From the NCBI GenBank assembly GCA_041666045.1, contig JBAYHR010000001.1:187391-251390 (forward strand): DNA of 64,000 bases. Direction: 5' to 3'. Of the stretch, positions 1 to 8,938 are shown one piece after another (position 1 is the first letter of the stretch; every line of letters begins with the position of its first letter). Made by a program: the position numbers and the translations under genes. Under the pieces are notes generated by a model that did not search any database, was not told where the DNA came from, and saw only the letters and a list, made by a program, of their open reading frames with translations. The stretch comes from Minisyncoccota bacterium (GTDB lineage: Bacteria > Patescibacteriota > Minisyncoccia > Phycocordibacterales > UBA9973).

Positions 1-189
1 ACGAATAGACATTATTCGTCCTCCGATCCATTTTAATTCTTTTTTGTTTGTTAAATCATTAAAATTCTCTATAATTTTATTTATAGAAATTTCTCTTTTT
101 GATTCTGCTGGATACGGATTAATACCTCTTTGTTTTAAGAGTTCGAGCTTTTTTATTCTAGTATCCCTAATTTCATCAATTGAAGACAT
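1..189 (-). CDS. lysS: Lysyl-tRNA synthetase, N-terminal fragment (gene continues beyond the window start)
   Basis: Minus-strand translation from ATG at 187-189 gives MSSIDEIRDTRIKKLELLKQRGINPYPAESK...LKWIGGRIMSIR. This matches the class II LysRS N-terminus pattern (R-x-KL-x-L-x-x-G-I-x-PYP ... GR-M-x-R). It lies downstream of greA, the common greA-lysS arrangement. Confidence 0.6.
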   Translation of the reverse strand, partial: MSSIDEIRDTRIKKLELLKQRGINPYPAESKREISINKIIENFNDLTNKKELKWIGGRIMSIR

Positions 190-243
190 AATTTAGTTAA
201 ACATTGAAAATTATAAAGTTTTTAAAGTTAATCATCTTAAATT

Positions 244-711
244 TTAAGCAACACTTATGATTTTATAATTAACAACACCGTTTGGTGCATTAAAAGAAAT
301 ACTTTCACCTTTTGTTTTTCCAAAAAGCGCTTCACCAAATGGAGATCTGTTAGAAATTTTACCTTGTGCCATATCTGCTTCTTCTGAACCAACAATCTGA
401 TAAGTCTTTTCTTCTTTTGTTCCTTCTTTTTGAACAATTACCTTAGAACCAATACCAATAATATCTCCACTGTTTATGGATGCAACTTGTGAAGACTGAA
501 GTATTTGTTCTATTTTTTGAATACGCGCTTCAAGTTTGCCTTGATCTTCACGAGTTTGATGATATTCTGCATTCTCTGAAAGATCACCAAGTGATTTGGC
601 ATATTCCAAAGCTTCCAAAATTTCTTTACGTTTTGGACCTTTTAAATCTTTAAGTTCTTCCTCAAGCGCTTTCTTCTTTTCTTTTGTTATATAATCAATT
701 ACCTGTGTCAT
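244..711 (-). CDS. greA: Transcription elongation factor GreA
   Basis: 155 aa with an N-terminal coiled-coil and LSENAEYH motif plus a C-terminal FKBP-like domain (VASINSGDIIGIGSKV). Confidence 0.85.
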   Translation of the reverse strand: MTQVIDYITKEKKKALEEELKDLKGPKRKEILEALEYAKSLGDLSENAEYHQTREDQGKLEARIQKIEQILQSSQVASINSGDIIGIGSKVIVQKEGTKEEKTYQIVGSEEADMAQGKISNRSPFGEALFGKTKGESISFNAPNGVVNYKIISVA

Positions 712-787
712 AATACAGTAAATTCTATCTTTTTTTTATAAAAAAAACAACCCCCATGCATAAGCATAGAGGTTATAATTTATGTTT

Positions 788-1180
788 TTAATTCAACTCA
801 AACTCAATCCATTCAAATTCGAGTGAATATAAACCTTTTTCTTTTTTAAAAGAAATTTCTAAGTTAAAATCCAAATCTTTAGAAATTATTTTATGAATTT
901 TTTTTATTGATAAATCACAATAATCAAAACCCAATATATCCATAATAGAGCTGTAAAAGCTAAAGAAACTTTTTTTAGTTTTTCTAAAATGATAATCATT
1001 TACTATCATAAAAATAGTAAAAATAATTTGTTCCCCTATTTTGGAAAAAACACTATCTGAGCAACTAGAATTAAGAAAATCTTTTATTTCAGGATTTTTT
1101 GAAATTAATAAATTTTCCATTTTTTCCCTGAATTCTTTGAACTCAAGAGAAATACTCTTAGCATCACTAGTTTTTGTCAT
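788..1180 (-). CDS. Hypothetical protein
   Basis: 130-aa ORF with no recognisable motif. Confidence 0.35.
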   Translation of the reverse strand: MTKTSDAKSISLEFKEFREKMENLLISKNPEIKDFLNSSCSDSVFSKIGEQIIFTIFMIVNDYHFRKTKKSFFSFYSSIMDILGFDYCDLSIKKIHKIISKDLDFNLEISFKKEKGLYSLEFEWIEFELN

Positions 1181-1366
1181 AATTTTATTTTTTTATTGGT
1201 TTATCAAAATACTATCTTTTTTCTTCGCTTATGATAGCATATTTAAAATATATGTCAAGACATATTAACATATTAAGCATTGAAAAACTTGCCTGCATAC
1301 TCACTAAAACTAAAAAAATAAATACGTGTGCTTGCTATAAATTTTAATTATGATAATCTGTATTGT

Positions 1367-1594
1367 ATGGCAAAAACAGTTATAGAAATAAAAAAGAATC
1401 CAAATGAAAACAATACAAGTGTATTGCGTCGTTTTTCTCGCAAAATTCAAGAATCTAATATAATACAAAAAGTTAAAGGTTCTAGATATAATGAAAGAAA
1501 GGAGTCTAAACTAAAAGTTAAAAAAAGCGCAATAAGAAGAATAACTAGAAGAAAGGAAATAGAAAAACTACGCAAACTTGGAAAGATAAAATAA
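1367..1594 (+). CDS. rpsU: 30S ribosomal protein S21
   Basis: MAKTVIEIKKNPNENNTSVLRRFSRKIQES...RRITRRKEIEKLRK matches the S21 pattern (VLRRF-R, basic C-terminus). Start moved to the ATG at 1367; the track ORF began at a GTG at 1328. Confidence 0.75.
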   Translation: MAKTVIEIKKNPNENNTSVLRRFSRKIQESNIIQKVKGSRYNERKESKLKVKKSAIRRITRRKEIEKLRKLGKIK

Positions 1595-1600
1595 TACTTG

Positions 1601-1666
1601 TCCCGTTAGAAATTCAACTTATTGAAAATGAAGATAAAAATTATTAATTTAAAATTTCTAATGGGA
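1601..1666. repeat. TIR-bounded miniature palindromic element, intergenic copy (rpsU-ybeY)
   Basis: Left end tcccgttagaaatt (1601-1614) and right end aatttctaatggga (1653-1666) are reverse complements with one mismatch. The AT-rich interior ends exactly at the ybeY ATG. Same termini as the copies at 28156, 54460 and 54891. Confidence 0.6.
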
Positions 1667-2058
1667 TGTTAGATAATTTCTCTAAAATAAACAAAACAAA
1701 AGGCAAGCTCCCTAGCTTGCCTTTTGCTATCATAAAAAATGATATTTTAGGAAAAGACTATTCCCTATCATTAGCATTTGTTGAAGAAAAAAAGTCTTGT
1801 GAGTTAAATACTCTATATAGAAAAAAAAATAAATCAACAAATATTTTATCTTTTCCTTTAGATAAAAATTTTGGTGAAATAATAATATGTCCATCGGTGG
1901 TAAAACGTGAATTGAAAAAATTTGATAAAACTTTTCCTGAATTATTGGGATTTTTAGTTATCCACGGAATGCTTCATTTGAAAGGTCTAAAGCATGGTAA
2001 AAAAATGGAAAAACTTGAAAAAAAATACTTGTCCCGTACTAAATTTTTGATTAAGTGA
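1666..2058 (+). CDS. ybeY: rRNA maturation endoribonuclease YbeY
   Basis: HGMLHLKGLKH metal-binding motif (H-x3-H-x5-H); ~130 aa; adjacent to rpsU. Confidence 0.8.
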   Translation: MLDNFSKINKTKGKLPSLPFAIIKNDILGKDYSLSLAFVEEKKSCELNTLYRKKNKSTNILSFPLDKNFGEIIICPSVVKRELKKFDKTFPELLGFLVIHGMLHLKGLKHGKKMEKLEKKYLSRTKFLIK

Positions 2059-2098
2059 TATAATAATAAGTATTAATAAATAAAATTTTAGTATCGGG

Positions 2099-3262
2099 AT
2101 GATCAAAAATATTTCTGTAGGAATAGATATAGGATCCACAACCACTAGAGTTGTTGTGGGAGAATTTTTTAAGGGAGAGAAAAATCCTAAGGTTATTGGT
2201 GTGGGCGAATATGAAACAAAAGGTATACGACATGGATATGTTGTTAATCTAATTGATGCAGTAAATTCAGTAAAAAATGCCGTAAGTATTGCAGAAAAAA
2301 GTTCTGGAATAAAAATTAGACGAGCGTTTATTTCAATAAATAGCATAACTTTACGAGGAGATATGAGTTCTGGTTTGGCTATAATTTCCAAAGCTAATGG
2401 TGAAGTAACTAACTTAGATATTAATAAAGCAATTGAAGACAGTGAAGCTAATTTAAGTTTAAATAATAAAAAAATTATCCACACATTCCCCGTCTCTTTT
2501 AAACTTGATGGTAAAGAAGTATTGGGTCAACCAGAAGGAATGTCTGGCACAAAACTTGAAGTTAAAACTCTTTTTGTTACATGCTTAAGCCAACATCTAG
2601 ACGATTTATTGGCTGTAATATCAGAAGCTGGAATAGAAACAATAGATGTAATTGCTTCTCCTATATCAGGAAGTCAGATTGCATTATCAAAAAGACAAAA
2701 AATTGTAGGATCAGCTTTAGTAAATATTGGATCTGAGACAGTATCTGTATCCGTTTTTGAAAATGGATCACTTATATCACTTCACGCATTCTCAATAGGT
2801 TCATCAGATATAACAAATGATCTTGCGTTGGGTTTCAAAATTCCTCTTGAAAAAGCAGAGAACTTTAAGCATGGAAATATAACACTTGATTACCCAAAGA
2901 AAAAATTAGATGAAATCATTGGTGCACGTCTTACAGACATATTTGAATTAATCGAAAATCATTTGAAAAAAATAAAAAGAAATGAACTTCTTCCTGCTGG
3001 CATTGTATTTATAGGCGGAGGTGCAAATACTCCTAGACTTGAAGAATTATCAAAAACGATACTAAAACTTCCATCAAAAATAGGAACAACTGAAATGTTT
3101 GGCAATATAAAAACAAAACTTCGCGATTCATCTTGGTTTACTGCTTTAGGTCTTATAACATCAGATAAAGACAACGATAATTATTCAAAAGGAGGTTTAT
3201 CAAATTTTTTTAGAGATTTAAAAAACACAATAAAATCAATAACTAAACAGCTTTTACCGTAA
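2099..3262 (+). CDS. ftsA: Cell division protein FtsA
   Basis: N-terminal VGIDIGSTTTRVVVGE actin-fold phosphate-1 motif; 387 aa; immediately upstream of ftsZ. Confidence 0.9.
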   Translation: MIKNISVGIDIGSTTTRVVVGEFFKGEKNPKVIGVGEYETKGIRHGYVVNLIDAVNSVKNAVSIAEKSSGIKIRRAFISINSITLRGDMSSGLAIISKANGEVTNLDINKAIEDSEANLSLNNKKIIHTFPVSFKLDGKEVLGQPEGMSGTKLEVKTLFVTCLSQHLDDLLAVISEAGIETIDVIASPISGSQIALSKRQKIVGSALVNIGSETVSVSVFENGSLISLHAFSIGSSDITNDLALGFKIPLEKAENFKHGNITLDYPKKKLDEIIGARLTDIFELIENHLKKIKRNELLPAGIVFIGGGANTPRLEELSKTILKLPSKIGTTEMFGNIKTKLRDSSWFTALGLITSDKDNDNYSKGGLSNFFRDLKNTIKSITKQLLP

Positions 3263-3296
3263 TTTTGATAAAATATTTTATTTAATATTTTTAATG

Positions 3297-3323
3297 AAAA
3301 AAGCAAAAGTTTTGCTTTTTTTA
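3297..3323 (+). terminator. Intrinsic terminator/attenuator between ftsA and ftsZ
   Basis: Hairpin aagcaaaa-g-ttttgctt followed by a T-run. Confidence 0.55.
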
Positions 3324-3391
3324 ATTTTCTGCTATTATAGAATCTATACAAGCTAAGTAAATTTTTATTATAAAATAAATTAAAAAAATAT

Positions 3392-4672
3392 ATGCCAAAA
3401 GTAAACCCAGCAATAGAGAGTTTCGCTAGAATAAAAGTCATCGGAGTAGGAGGATCTGGAAAGAATGCTCTTAACCATATGATAAATTCAAAAGTTAAGA
3501 GTGTAGAATTTATTTGTATGAATACAGACACACAAGATTTGCACAATTCTCTTGCTGAGAAAAAAATTCATATTGGAAAAAATCTTACAAAAGGACTTGG
3601 AGCTGGGATGGATCCAGAAATTGGAAGAAAAGCAGCTGAAGAAACTAAATCTGAAATTCAAGATGTTATAAAAGGAGCTGACATGGTTTTTATTGCATGT
3701 GGAATGGGAGGAGGCACAGGCACAGGCGCAGCACCTATAGTTGCTCGTGCCGCCAAAGAACAAGGAATACTTACAGTGGCAGTTGTCACAAAACCATTTT
3801 TCTTTGAAGGTAATTTTAGATCAAAGATAGCTGATAAGGGAATCGAAGATTTAGCCAAAGAAGTTGATGCTATAATCATTATTCCAAATGATAAATTACT
3901 GCAAATTTCTGATAAAAATACAAACTTTAGAAATGCTTTTGCAACTTGTGATGACGTCCTACGCCAAGCAGTAGAAGGTATTTCAGATCTTATTACAACC
4001 CCAGGAATAATCAACGTAGACTTTGCAGATATCAGGGCAATCATGTCTGATGCAGGATCTGCTCTTATGGGTATAGGTTCAGCTTCAGGAGAAAAAAGAG
4101 CAGAAAAAGCAGCTCTTATGGCAATCAATTCCCCTCTTCTTGAAGTTTCAATCAATGGAGCAAAAGGGGTATTGTTCGCAATTTCTGGTGGTGATGACAT
4201 CACAATTCATGAAATTCAAGAAGCAGCTAAAATAATTACAGAATCAATTGATAAAGATGCCAAAGTTATTTTTGGTACTATCCATGATGATAAATTAAAG
4301 AAAGGAGAATTAAAAGTTACTGTTATTGCTACAAACTTCCCTACTGACATGCCAAGAAAAACTTTATTTACAAATACATCATACGGAGTAAATAGTGCAA
4401 GCCAAAGTACATTAAAAGAAGAAAATTCTCAAAATAATAAAAAAGAAATACATAATAACTTACAAGGTTTAAATATAAATAATACTGATTATAATAAAAA
4501 AATACCTGCCCGCAATGCTTTCAACACACCTGCCAACAACGCTTCGCGTAGCGATACAGGCTGGACTGATGCAGGCGGGGAAAAGAAACCAGAAGTTATA
4601 GAAGAAATAATTATAGACGACGCTGATGACTGGAGCGCTGTTCCAGCATTCTTAAGACGCAACAAAAAATAA
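3392..4672 (+). CDS. ftsZ: Cell division GTPase FtsZ
   Basis: Tubulin signature GGGTGTGAAPIVA, plus NTD and N-F-x-ATCDDVLRQA motifs. Long low-complexity C-terminal linker. Confidence 0.95.
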   Translation: MPKVNPAIESFARIKVIGVGGSGKNALNHMINSKVKSVEFICMNTDTQDLHNSLAEKKIHIGKNLTKGLGAGMDPEIGRKAAEETKSEIQDVIKGADMVFIACGMGGGTGTGAAPIVARAAKEQGILTVAVVTKPFFFEGNFRSKIADKGIEDLAKEVDAIIIIPNDKLLQISDKNTNFRNAFATCDDVLRQAVEGISDLITTPGIINVDFADIRAIMSDAGSALMGIGSASGEKRAEKAALMAINSPLLEVSINGAKGVLFAISGGDDITIHEIQEAAKIITESIDKDAKVIFGTIHDDKLKKGELKVTVIATNFPTDMPRKTLFTNTSYGVNSASQSTLKEENSQNNKKEIHNNLQGLNINNTDYNKKIPARNAFNTPANNASRSDTGWTDAGGEKKPEVIEEIIIDDADDWSAVPAFLRRNKK

Positions 4673-4688
4673 TTAACAACTAGAACAT

Positions 4689-5624
4689 ATGAACCTAATT
4701 CCTTATGATTTAACAATTATTGGTGGAGGACCTGCAGGCGCAGCTGCGGCTATTTACGCTTCTCGCAAACGACTAAATACACTATTTATAACTTTTGAAT
4801 TTGGCGGGCAATCTATCGTTTCAGAAAAAATTTATAATTGGATTGGAACAACTGAAATAGCTGGATCTAAATTAGCAGAAGATTTAAAAAATCACGTGAA
4901 AGCAAATGCTGGTGACTTTTTAGAAATTAAAGAAGGTTTGCAAGTAAGCTCTATTATAAAATCTAAAGAAAATTTTTCTGTAAAAACAGAATCAGGAGAA
5001 AATTTTGAAACAAAAACAATTTTGATTGCAACAGGAAGCAAACGAAGAAAATTGGATGTAAAAAATGCAGACAAACTTGAACACAAAGGTCTAACTTATT
5101 GTGCTACTTGTGATGGACCAATGTTCTCTGGAGCAGATGTTGCTGTTATTGGTGGAGGCAATGCTGCATTTGAATCTGCTGCACAATTGCTCGCCTACTG
5201 CAATTCTGTAACACTTTTAAACAGAAGCGATTCATTTAAAGCTGATCAAATAACAATAGATAAACTTTCTAAAAATCCAAAACTAAAAATTATTAAGAAT
5301 ATAGAATTTGTGGAAATATTGGGTGAAAAATTCGTAGAAGGAATAACTTACAAGGATTTAAAAACTGAAGAATTAAAGGAATTAAAAGTTACTGGAATTT
5401 TTGTTGAAATAGGACAAATTCCAAATACTAATTTTGTGAAAGATATTGTTCCACTTGATAAAATAGGTAAAATAAAAATTGATCCATGGACAGGAAAAAC
5501 TGAAACTCCTAGTATCTGGGCTGCTGGAGATTGCACTAATATTTTATATCATCAAAACAACATCGCCACTGGCGATGCTGTTAAAGCTCTAGAAGATATT
5601 TATGTAACTTTGCATACTAAGTAA
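4689..5624 (+). CDS. trxB: Thioredoxin-disulfide reductase
   Basis: GGGPAGAAAAIYA FAD motif, CATCDG redox-active CxxC, second GGGNAA NADPH motif. Confidence 0.9.
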   Translation: MNLIPYDLTIIGGGPAGAAAAIYASRKRLNTLFITFEFGGQSIVSEKIYNWIGTTEIAGSKLAEDLKNHVKANAGDFLEIKEGLQVSSIIKSKENFSVKTESGENFETKTILIATGSKRRKLDVKNADKLEHKGLTYCATCDGPMFSGADVAVIGGGNAAFESAAQLLAYCNSVTLLNRSDSFKADQITIDKLSKNPKLKIIKNIEFVEILGEKFVEGITYKDLKTEELKELKVTGIFVEIGQIPNTNFVKDIVPLDKIGKIKIDPWTGKTETPSIWAAGDCTNILYHQNNIATGDAVKALEDIYVTLHTK

Positions 5625-5625
5625 A

Positions 5626-5868
5626 TTAATTGTTATAAGGATTTTTCTCATCTTTTTCATGTGTTGATTTATATTGGTCTGGGGTAAGATTAAAATTACC
5701 AACTTCCCATTTGCCATTTACATTTTTCACTAAATTTACATCAACACCACATTCTAACGCAATCCTAGCACGCTCTTTTTCAAAAGTTGCATCATCTGCT
5801 CCTTTTAAATTATTCACATTAAATCGCTCACTTCCAGTACTATTATTTTTATTTAATTCTATATTCAT
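5626..5868 (-). CDS. Hypothetical small protein
   Basis: 80-aa ORF, no motif recognised. Confidence 0.3.
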   Translation of the reverse strand: MNIELNKNNSTGSERFNVNNLKGADDATFEKERARIALECGVDVNLVKNVNGKWEVGNFNLTPDQYKSTHEKDEKNPYNN

Positions 5869-5907
5869 AATGTATATATTATAAACTAATTATTATTTTT
5901 GTAAATG

Positions 5908-5994
5908 CGGAGATGGGAGGATTTGAACCTCCGATTGAGTTTCCCCAATGCTGGTTTTCGAAACCAGTGCCTTCAACCACTCAGCCACATCTCC
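5908..5994 (-). tRNA. tRNA-Ser (anticodon CGA)
   Basis: Reverse complement folds as: acceptor ggagatg/catctcc, anticodon stem ctggt/accag with loop ttCGAaa, long variable arm, T-arm ggagg-ttcaaat-cctcc. 87 nt, CCA not encoded. Confidence 0.8.
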
Positions 5995-6080
5995 TTTTAT
6001 TAATTTAAATCTAACATTTTTTGCCATTTTTCCAAAAATAATATAGTATATTAATTGTTATCTTCATTTTTAATAAATAT

Positions 6081-6152
6081 GGCCCTATCGTCTAACGGTT
6101 AGGACATCGGCTTTTCAAGCCGGTAATCCGGGTTCGATTCCCGGTAGGGTCA
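6081..6152 (+). tRNA. tRNA-Glu (anticodon TTC)
   Basis: Acceptor ggcccta/tagggtc, anticodon stem tcggc/gccgg with loop ttTTCaa, T-arm ccggg-ttcgatt-cccgg. 72 nt. Confidence 0.8.
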
Positions 6153-7816
6153 CCCACAGGAACAAAACGGCTTTCTAAAGCCTGAAATCCGTTTTTACAC
6201 TTATATTGCAACGTTTTTTCAGAAAATAAAAGTTCCAGAAATATTTTTCTGACAATTTCTTCTTTTTCATACGAAAGAGCGTTTTCGTAGTATGGATAAA
6301 GGGTTTTTAAGAGTTCCGAAAGTTTTCTTACTTCTTTGATTACTGCTTCCATTGCAAGGTCTGATGTGTCTTCTTCTGTCTTGATTTCATTCAATTCATA
6401 TTTTAATCTTTCTTCTTCTTTTAAATATGTTTCGGGAGTATATACTCCTGTTTTAAGCAATGTCAGTTTGTTGTTTCCCAAGTATGAAAGATTTTCTCTG
6501 ATATTCTTTTTCTTTCGTTCACCGATTTCAATTTTATTGAAACGCTTTTCTTCAAGCAGGGCAATATCAGTGTGTGCACGAGCATCAATTTCAATTAACT
6601 CATCTTCGGTAAATGATAATGATTTAATTAAGAGACCTATCTTTTTTTCAAGGAATTTAATATTGAAATTTCTGAATGAATTAGAACAGTTTTCTTTGCA
6701 ACGCACTCCATAATATAGTATTCCTTTCCTTTTGGAAGGACTAAATCCCCGATGACATTGTGCGCAACAAATAAATCCTCGATAGGGATAGTTAATTTTT
6801 ACATCATAATGAATACTTACTTTCTTTTTGTTGAGCATTATTTGCACTTTGTTGAATAATTCATCTGAAACAAGAGCCTTATGACTTTTACTCTTTATAA
6901 TACACATACCGTCACAATCGAGTAATTTGCCCGTATAAAAGGGATTCGTCAGTATCTTGTGTATGTTGTTATATGTCGCCATTCTTGCCACTTTTTCAAT
7001 CTGCATTACTTCGTCTGTTTCTTCGGCTAACATTTCATCTTCTGTACGTCTTCTTCGCATTGGTGTCATTGTAAACCCATGATCATTGGCATAGCGGGCA
7101 AGACCAGCCAGTGTCCAATCGCCAGTCGCATAAAGTTCAAAAAAATGTTTAATGAGCGGAGCACGGTCAGGGTCAAATGGTTTGTGTTCCATTGTGCCTG
7201 GATTAAGATAACCGACAGGAGCACGGTAGGTGCAAATTCCTTTTTCTCTGTTGTTTTTAATATTAAGCGACACTTTCTCACTCGTTACTCTTGAATGATG
7301 TTCTGCAAACATTCCATCAATATCCATATGCAATGCTCCTGAACTTGTTTTGTCATATTTTGCCAAGACAAAACGTATATCTATTCCTTTACGCATTAAC
7401 TTGCGTACAATAGTGTCATCTCCTTTATTTCTACTCAAACGATCCCAACAAAGAACGATTACTCCTTTAAATAATCCTTTGTTTAATAAGCTAAGCAAGC
7501 GGTAAAATTTGGGTCTGTCTATATTGTATTTAACGGAACCATCTTCATTGAAATCAAGATTAAAATCCTCTTTGAATCCAGAATGTTTTTCAGAGATTAT
7601 TCCATCTGCGCAGAAACCCTTTAAGCAAATAGGAGCAATCGAAAGAAGCTCCCTATATGCAAAACGGGCATTTTCTGATTTTTGATATTTAATTGAGTTT
7701 TTTTGATTATCCGGCTCATCCGTACTTTTGCGATTGTAGATTAAATAATATTCACGGTATTTGCCTTTTTGAACTTCTTTGATAATTGTTATTTCATTTT
7801 TATCTAAATTATTCAT
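6092..7816 (-). CDS. Large serine recombinase (resolvase/invertase N-domain + recombinase domain + zinc ribbon)
   Basis: N-terminal LIYNRKSTDE (catalytic Ser) and VLCWDRLSRN resolvase motifs; Cys cluster CCAQCHRGF...C; 574 aa. The last ~20 codons run across the 3' half of tRNA-Glu. Local GC is visibly higher than the flanks. Confidence 0.8.
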   Translation of the reverse strand: MNNLDKNEITIIKEVQKGKYREYYLIYNRKSTDEPDNQKNSIKYQKSENARFAYRELLSIAPICLKGFCADGIISEKHSGFKEDFNLDFNEDGSVKYNIDRPKFYRLLSLLNKGLFKGVIVLCWDRLSRNKGDDTIVRKLMRKGIDIRFVLAKYDKTSSGALHMDIDGMFAEHHSRVTSEKVSLNIKNNREKGICTYRAPVGYLNPGTMEHKPFDPDRAPLIKHFFELYATGDWTLAGLARYANDHGFTMTPMRRRRTEDEMLAEETDEVMQIEKVARMATYNNIHKILTNPFYTGKLLDCDGMCIIKSKSHKALVSDELFNKVQIMLNKKKVSIHYDVKINYPYRGFICCAQCHRGFSPSKRKGILYYGVRCKENCSNSFRNFNIKFLEKKIGLLIKSLSFTEDELIEIDARAHTDIALLEEKRFNKIEIGERKKKNIRENLSYLGNNKLTLLKTGVYTPETYLKEEERLKYELNEIKTEEDTSDLAMEAVIKEVRKLSELLKTLYPYYENALSYEKEEIVRKIFLELLFSEKTLQYKCKNGFQALESRFVPVGDPTGNRTRITGLKSRCPNR

Positions 7817-7976
7817 TGATTTTTTTCTCAGGCTTATATATCTGCCCGTCTTTAATCGTATAACCTTCTAAAATTAATCTTTGGTGAATGCGTTTTAGTG
7901 TATCTCCTAAATCTTTAAGCGAATCAATAGTTTCTTGGGTAAAGGCATATCGGTTGCCTTCTGACAGTTCATCCAT
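7809..7976 (-). CDS. Small ORF (55 aa) overlapping the recombinase start by 8 nt; candidate recombination directionality factor/regulator
   Basis: MDELSEGNRYAFTQETIDSLKDLGDTLKRIHQRLILEGYTIKDGQIYKPEKKINE. Its stop TAA lies inside the recombinase ATGAATAA start, suggesting translational coupling. Below the ORF-track length cutoff, so read manually. Confidence 0.3.
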   Translation of the reverse strand: MDELSEGNRYAFTQETIDSLKDLGDTLKRIHQRLILEGYTIKDGQIYKPEKKINE

Positions 7977-8219
7977 TATGTATTAGGAAAATTAGGGTTG
8001 GTAATGTACAGAAGTTTCAATAACGTGCGGGTTCGACAATCTCAAAGTTCTCTTGAAAATATCTTAACTCCGGATAAAAAGGAATGCAAGTGCGAATTAC
8101 AATTATCGGTGTTAGTTGTAAAATTTATTTCCAACATCAAATTTTTAGGCCTGTTGAGGGGCCAAAATTTGAGTCAGAATAAATTTTACAGGACTGGTGT
8201 TACATGATATACTGTAAAA

Positions 8220-8918
8220 ATGAAAATATTTAATAAAAAAATAATTATTTTAAGTTTTATCGTTGTTGCATTCTCCTTGTTAGGGTATTTGACAGTTTAT
8301 AATAAATTTTCTTCACCAAAGGAAAAGTTTGATACAAAATCTATTAATCAAAATCTGATAACTAAAGTGCCATCAGAGAGAGGCAGTACGATTACAAACG
8401 ATCCTCTTGACCCAAATGTTCTTACTTACACTTCATACAAGCTCGGAATACAATTCAGTTATTTAAAGGATGGTGGATTTAATAGTTCTTTTTTATTAAA
8501 ACCAAATGAAACTAATGATAAAATCGTTCTCGGACATGATAGTGTAATGATATTTAAAAAACTTCCCAGAGAAACAATAGAACAAACATTAAGGAGACTT
8601 TTGCCGGAACAACTTAAAAATGAAAATTGCTCTGTAATTACTGTATCTTCTTACACATCAAAATATGATTCCTATGCTATTTGGGACAAACGAGCCCCAT
8701 TACATCAAAGAGGTATTGATTCAAGGGATTATGTAGATAGTGACGGGATTTACCTTTCTAACGTTTGTAATCCTGCTATGGAACTGGATTTTATGATAGA
8801 GCCAAATTTTCCTGATACGATTTATTACATAAACCGATCTTCTCAAGATATTTCATATTGGGCGGATTCTGCACATACAAATCAATGGTGGCAAACAATA
8901 CATTTAATTGCTGATTAG
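8220..8918 (+). CDS. Hypothetical secreted/membrane-anchored protein
   Basis: N-terminal hydrophobic signal/anchor (IIILSFIVVAFSLLGYL); no domain recognised. Confidence 0.4.
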   Translation: MKIFNKKIIILSFIVVAFSLLGYLTVYNKFSSPKEKFDTKSINQNLITKVPSERGSTITNDPLDPNVLTYTSYKLGIQFSYLKDGGFNSSFLLKPNETNDKIVLGHDSVMIFKKLPRETIEQTLRRLLPEQLKNENCSVITVSSYTSKYDSYAIWDKRAPLHQRGIDSRDYVDSDGIYLSNVCNPAMELDFMIEPNFPDTIYYINRSSQDISYWADSAHTNQWWQTIHLIAD

Positions 8919-8938
8919 AAATTGTTTAATGATTGTCA

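Noticed and set aside
3658-4203. 181-aa antisense ORF inside ftsZ, and many similar track ORFs antisense to or overlapping strong genes (e.g. 1987-2484, 2959-3174, 3488-3763, 6336-6713, 7066-7294, 10902-11276, 12337-12567, 13981-14244, 38595-38933, 40631-40828, 53859-54233, 54917-55399, 56250-56633)
   Set aside because: They overlap well-supported genes on the opposite strand or another frame, have low-complexity composition and no motifs. Treated as spurious.
4503-4600. GC-richer segment with an imperfect 19-bp direct repeat (acctgcccgcaatgcttt / acctgccaacaacgcttc) in the ftsZ 3' region
   Set aside because: It maps to the intrinsically disordered FtsZ C-terminal linker, which is normally variable and repetitive. 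It has no TIRs like the palindromic element family, so it is not called a mobile element, though a relationship cannot be excluded.
6091-6100. tctaacgg inside tRNA-Glu resembling the palindromic-element TIR (tctaacggga)
   Set aside because: This is the conserved tRNA D-loop sequence. The 8-mer match is likely coincidental, although tRNA-derived origins of MITE ends are conceivable.
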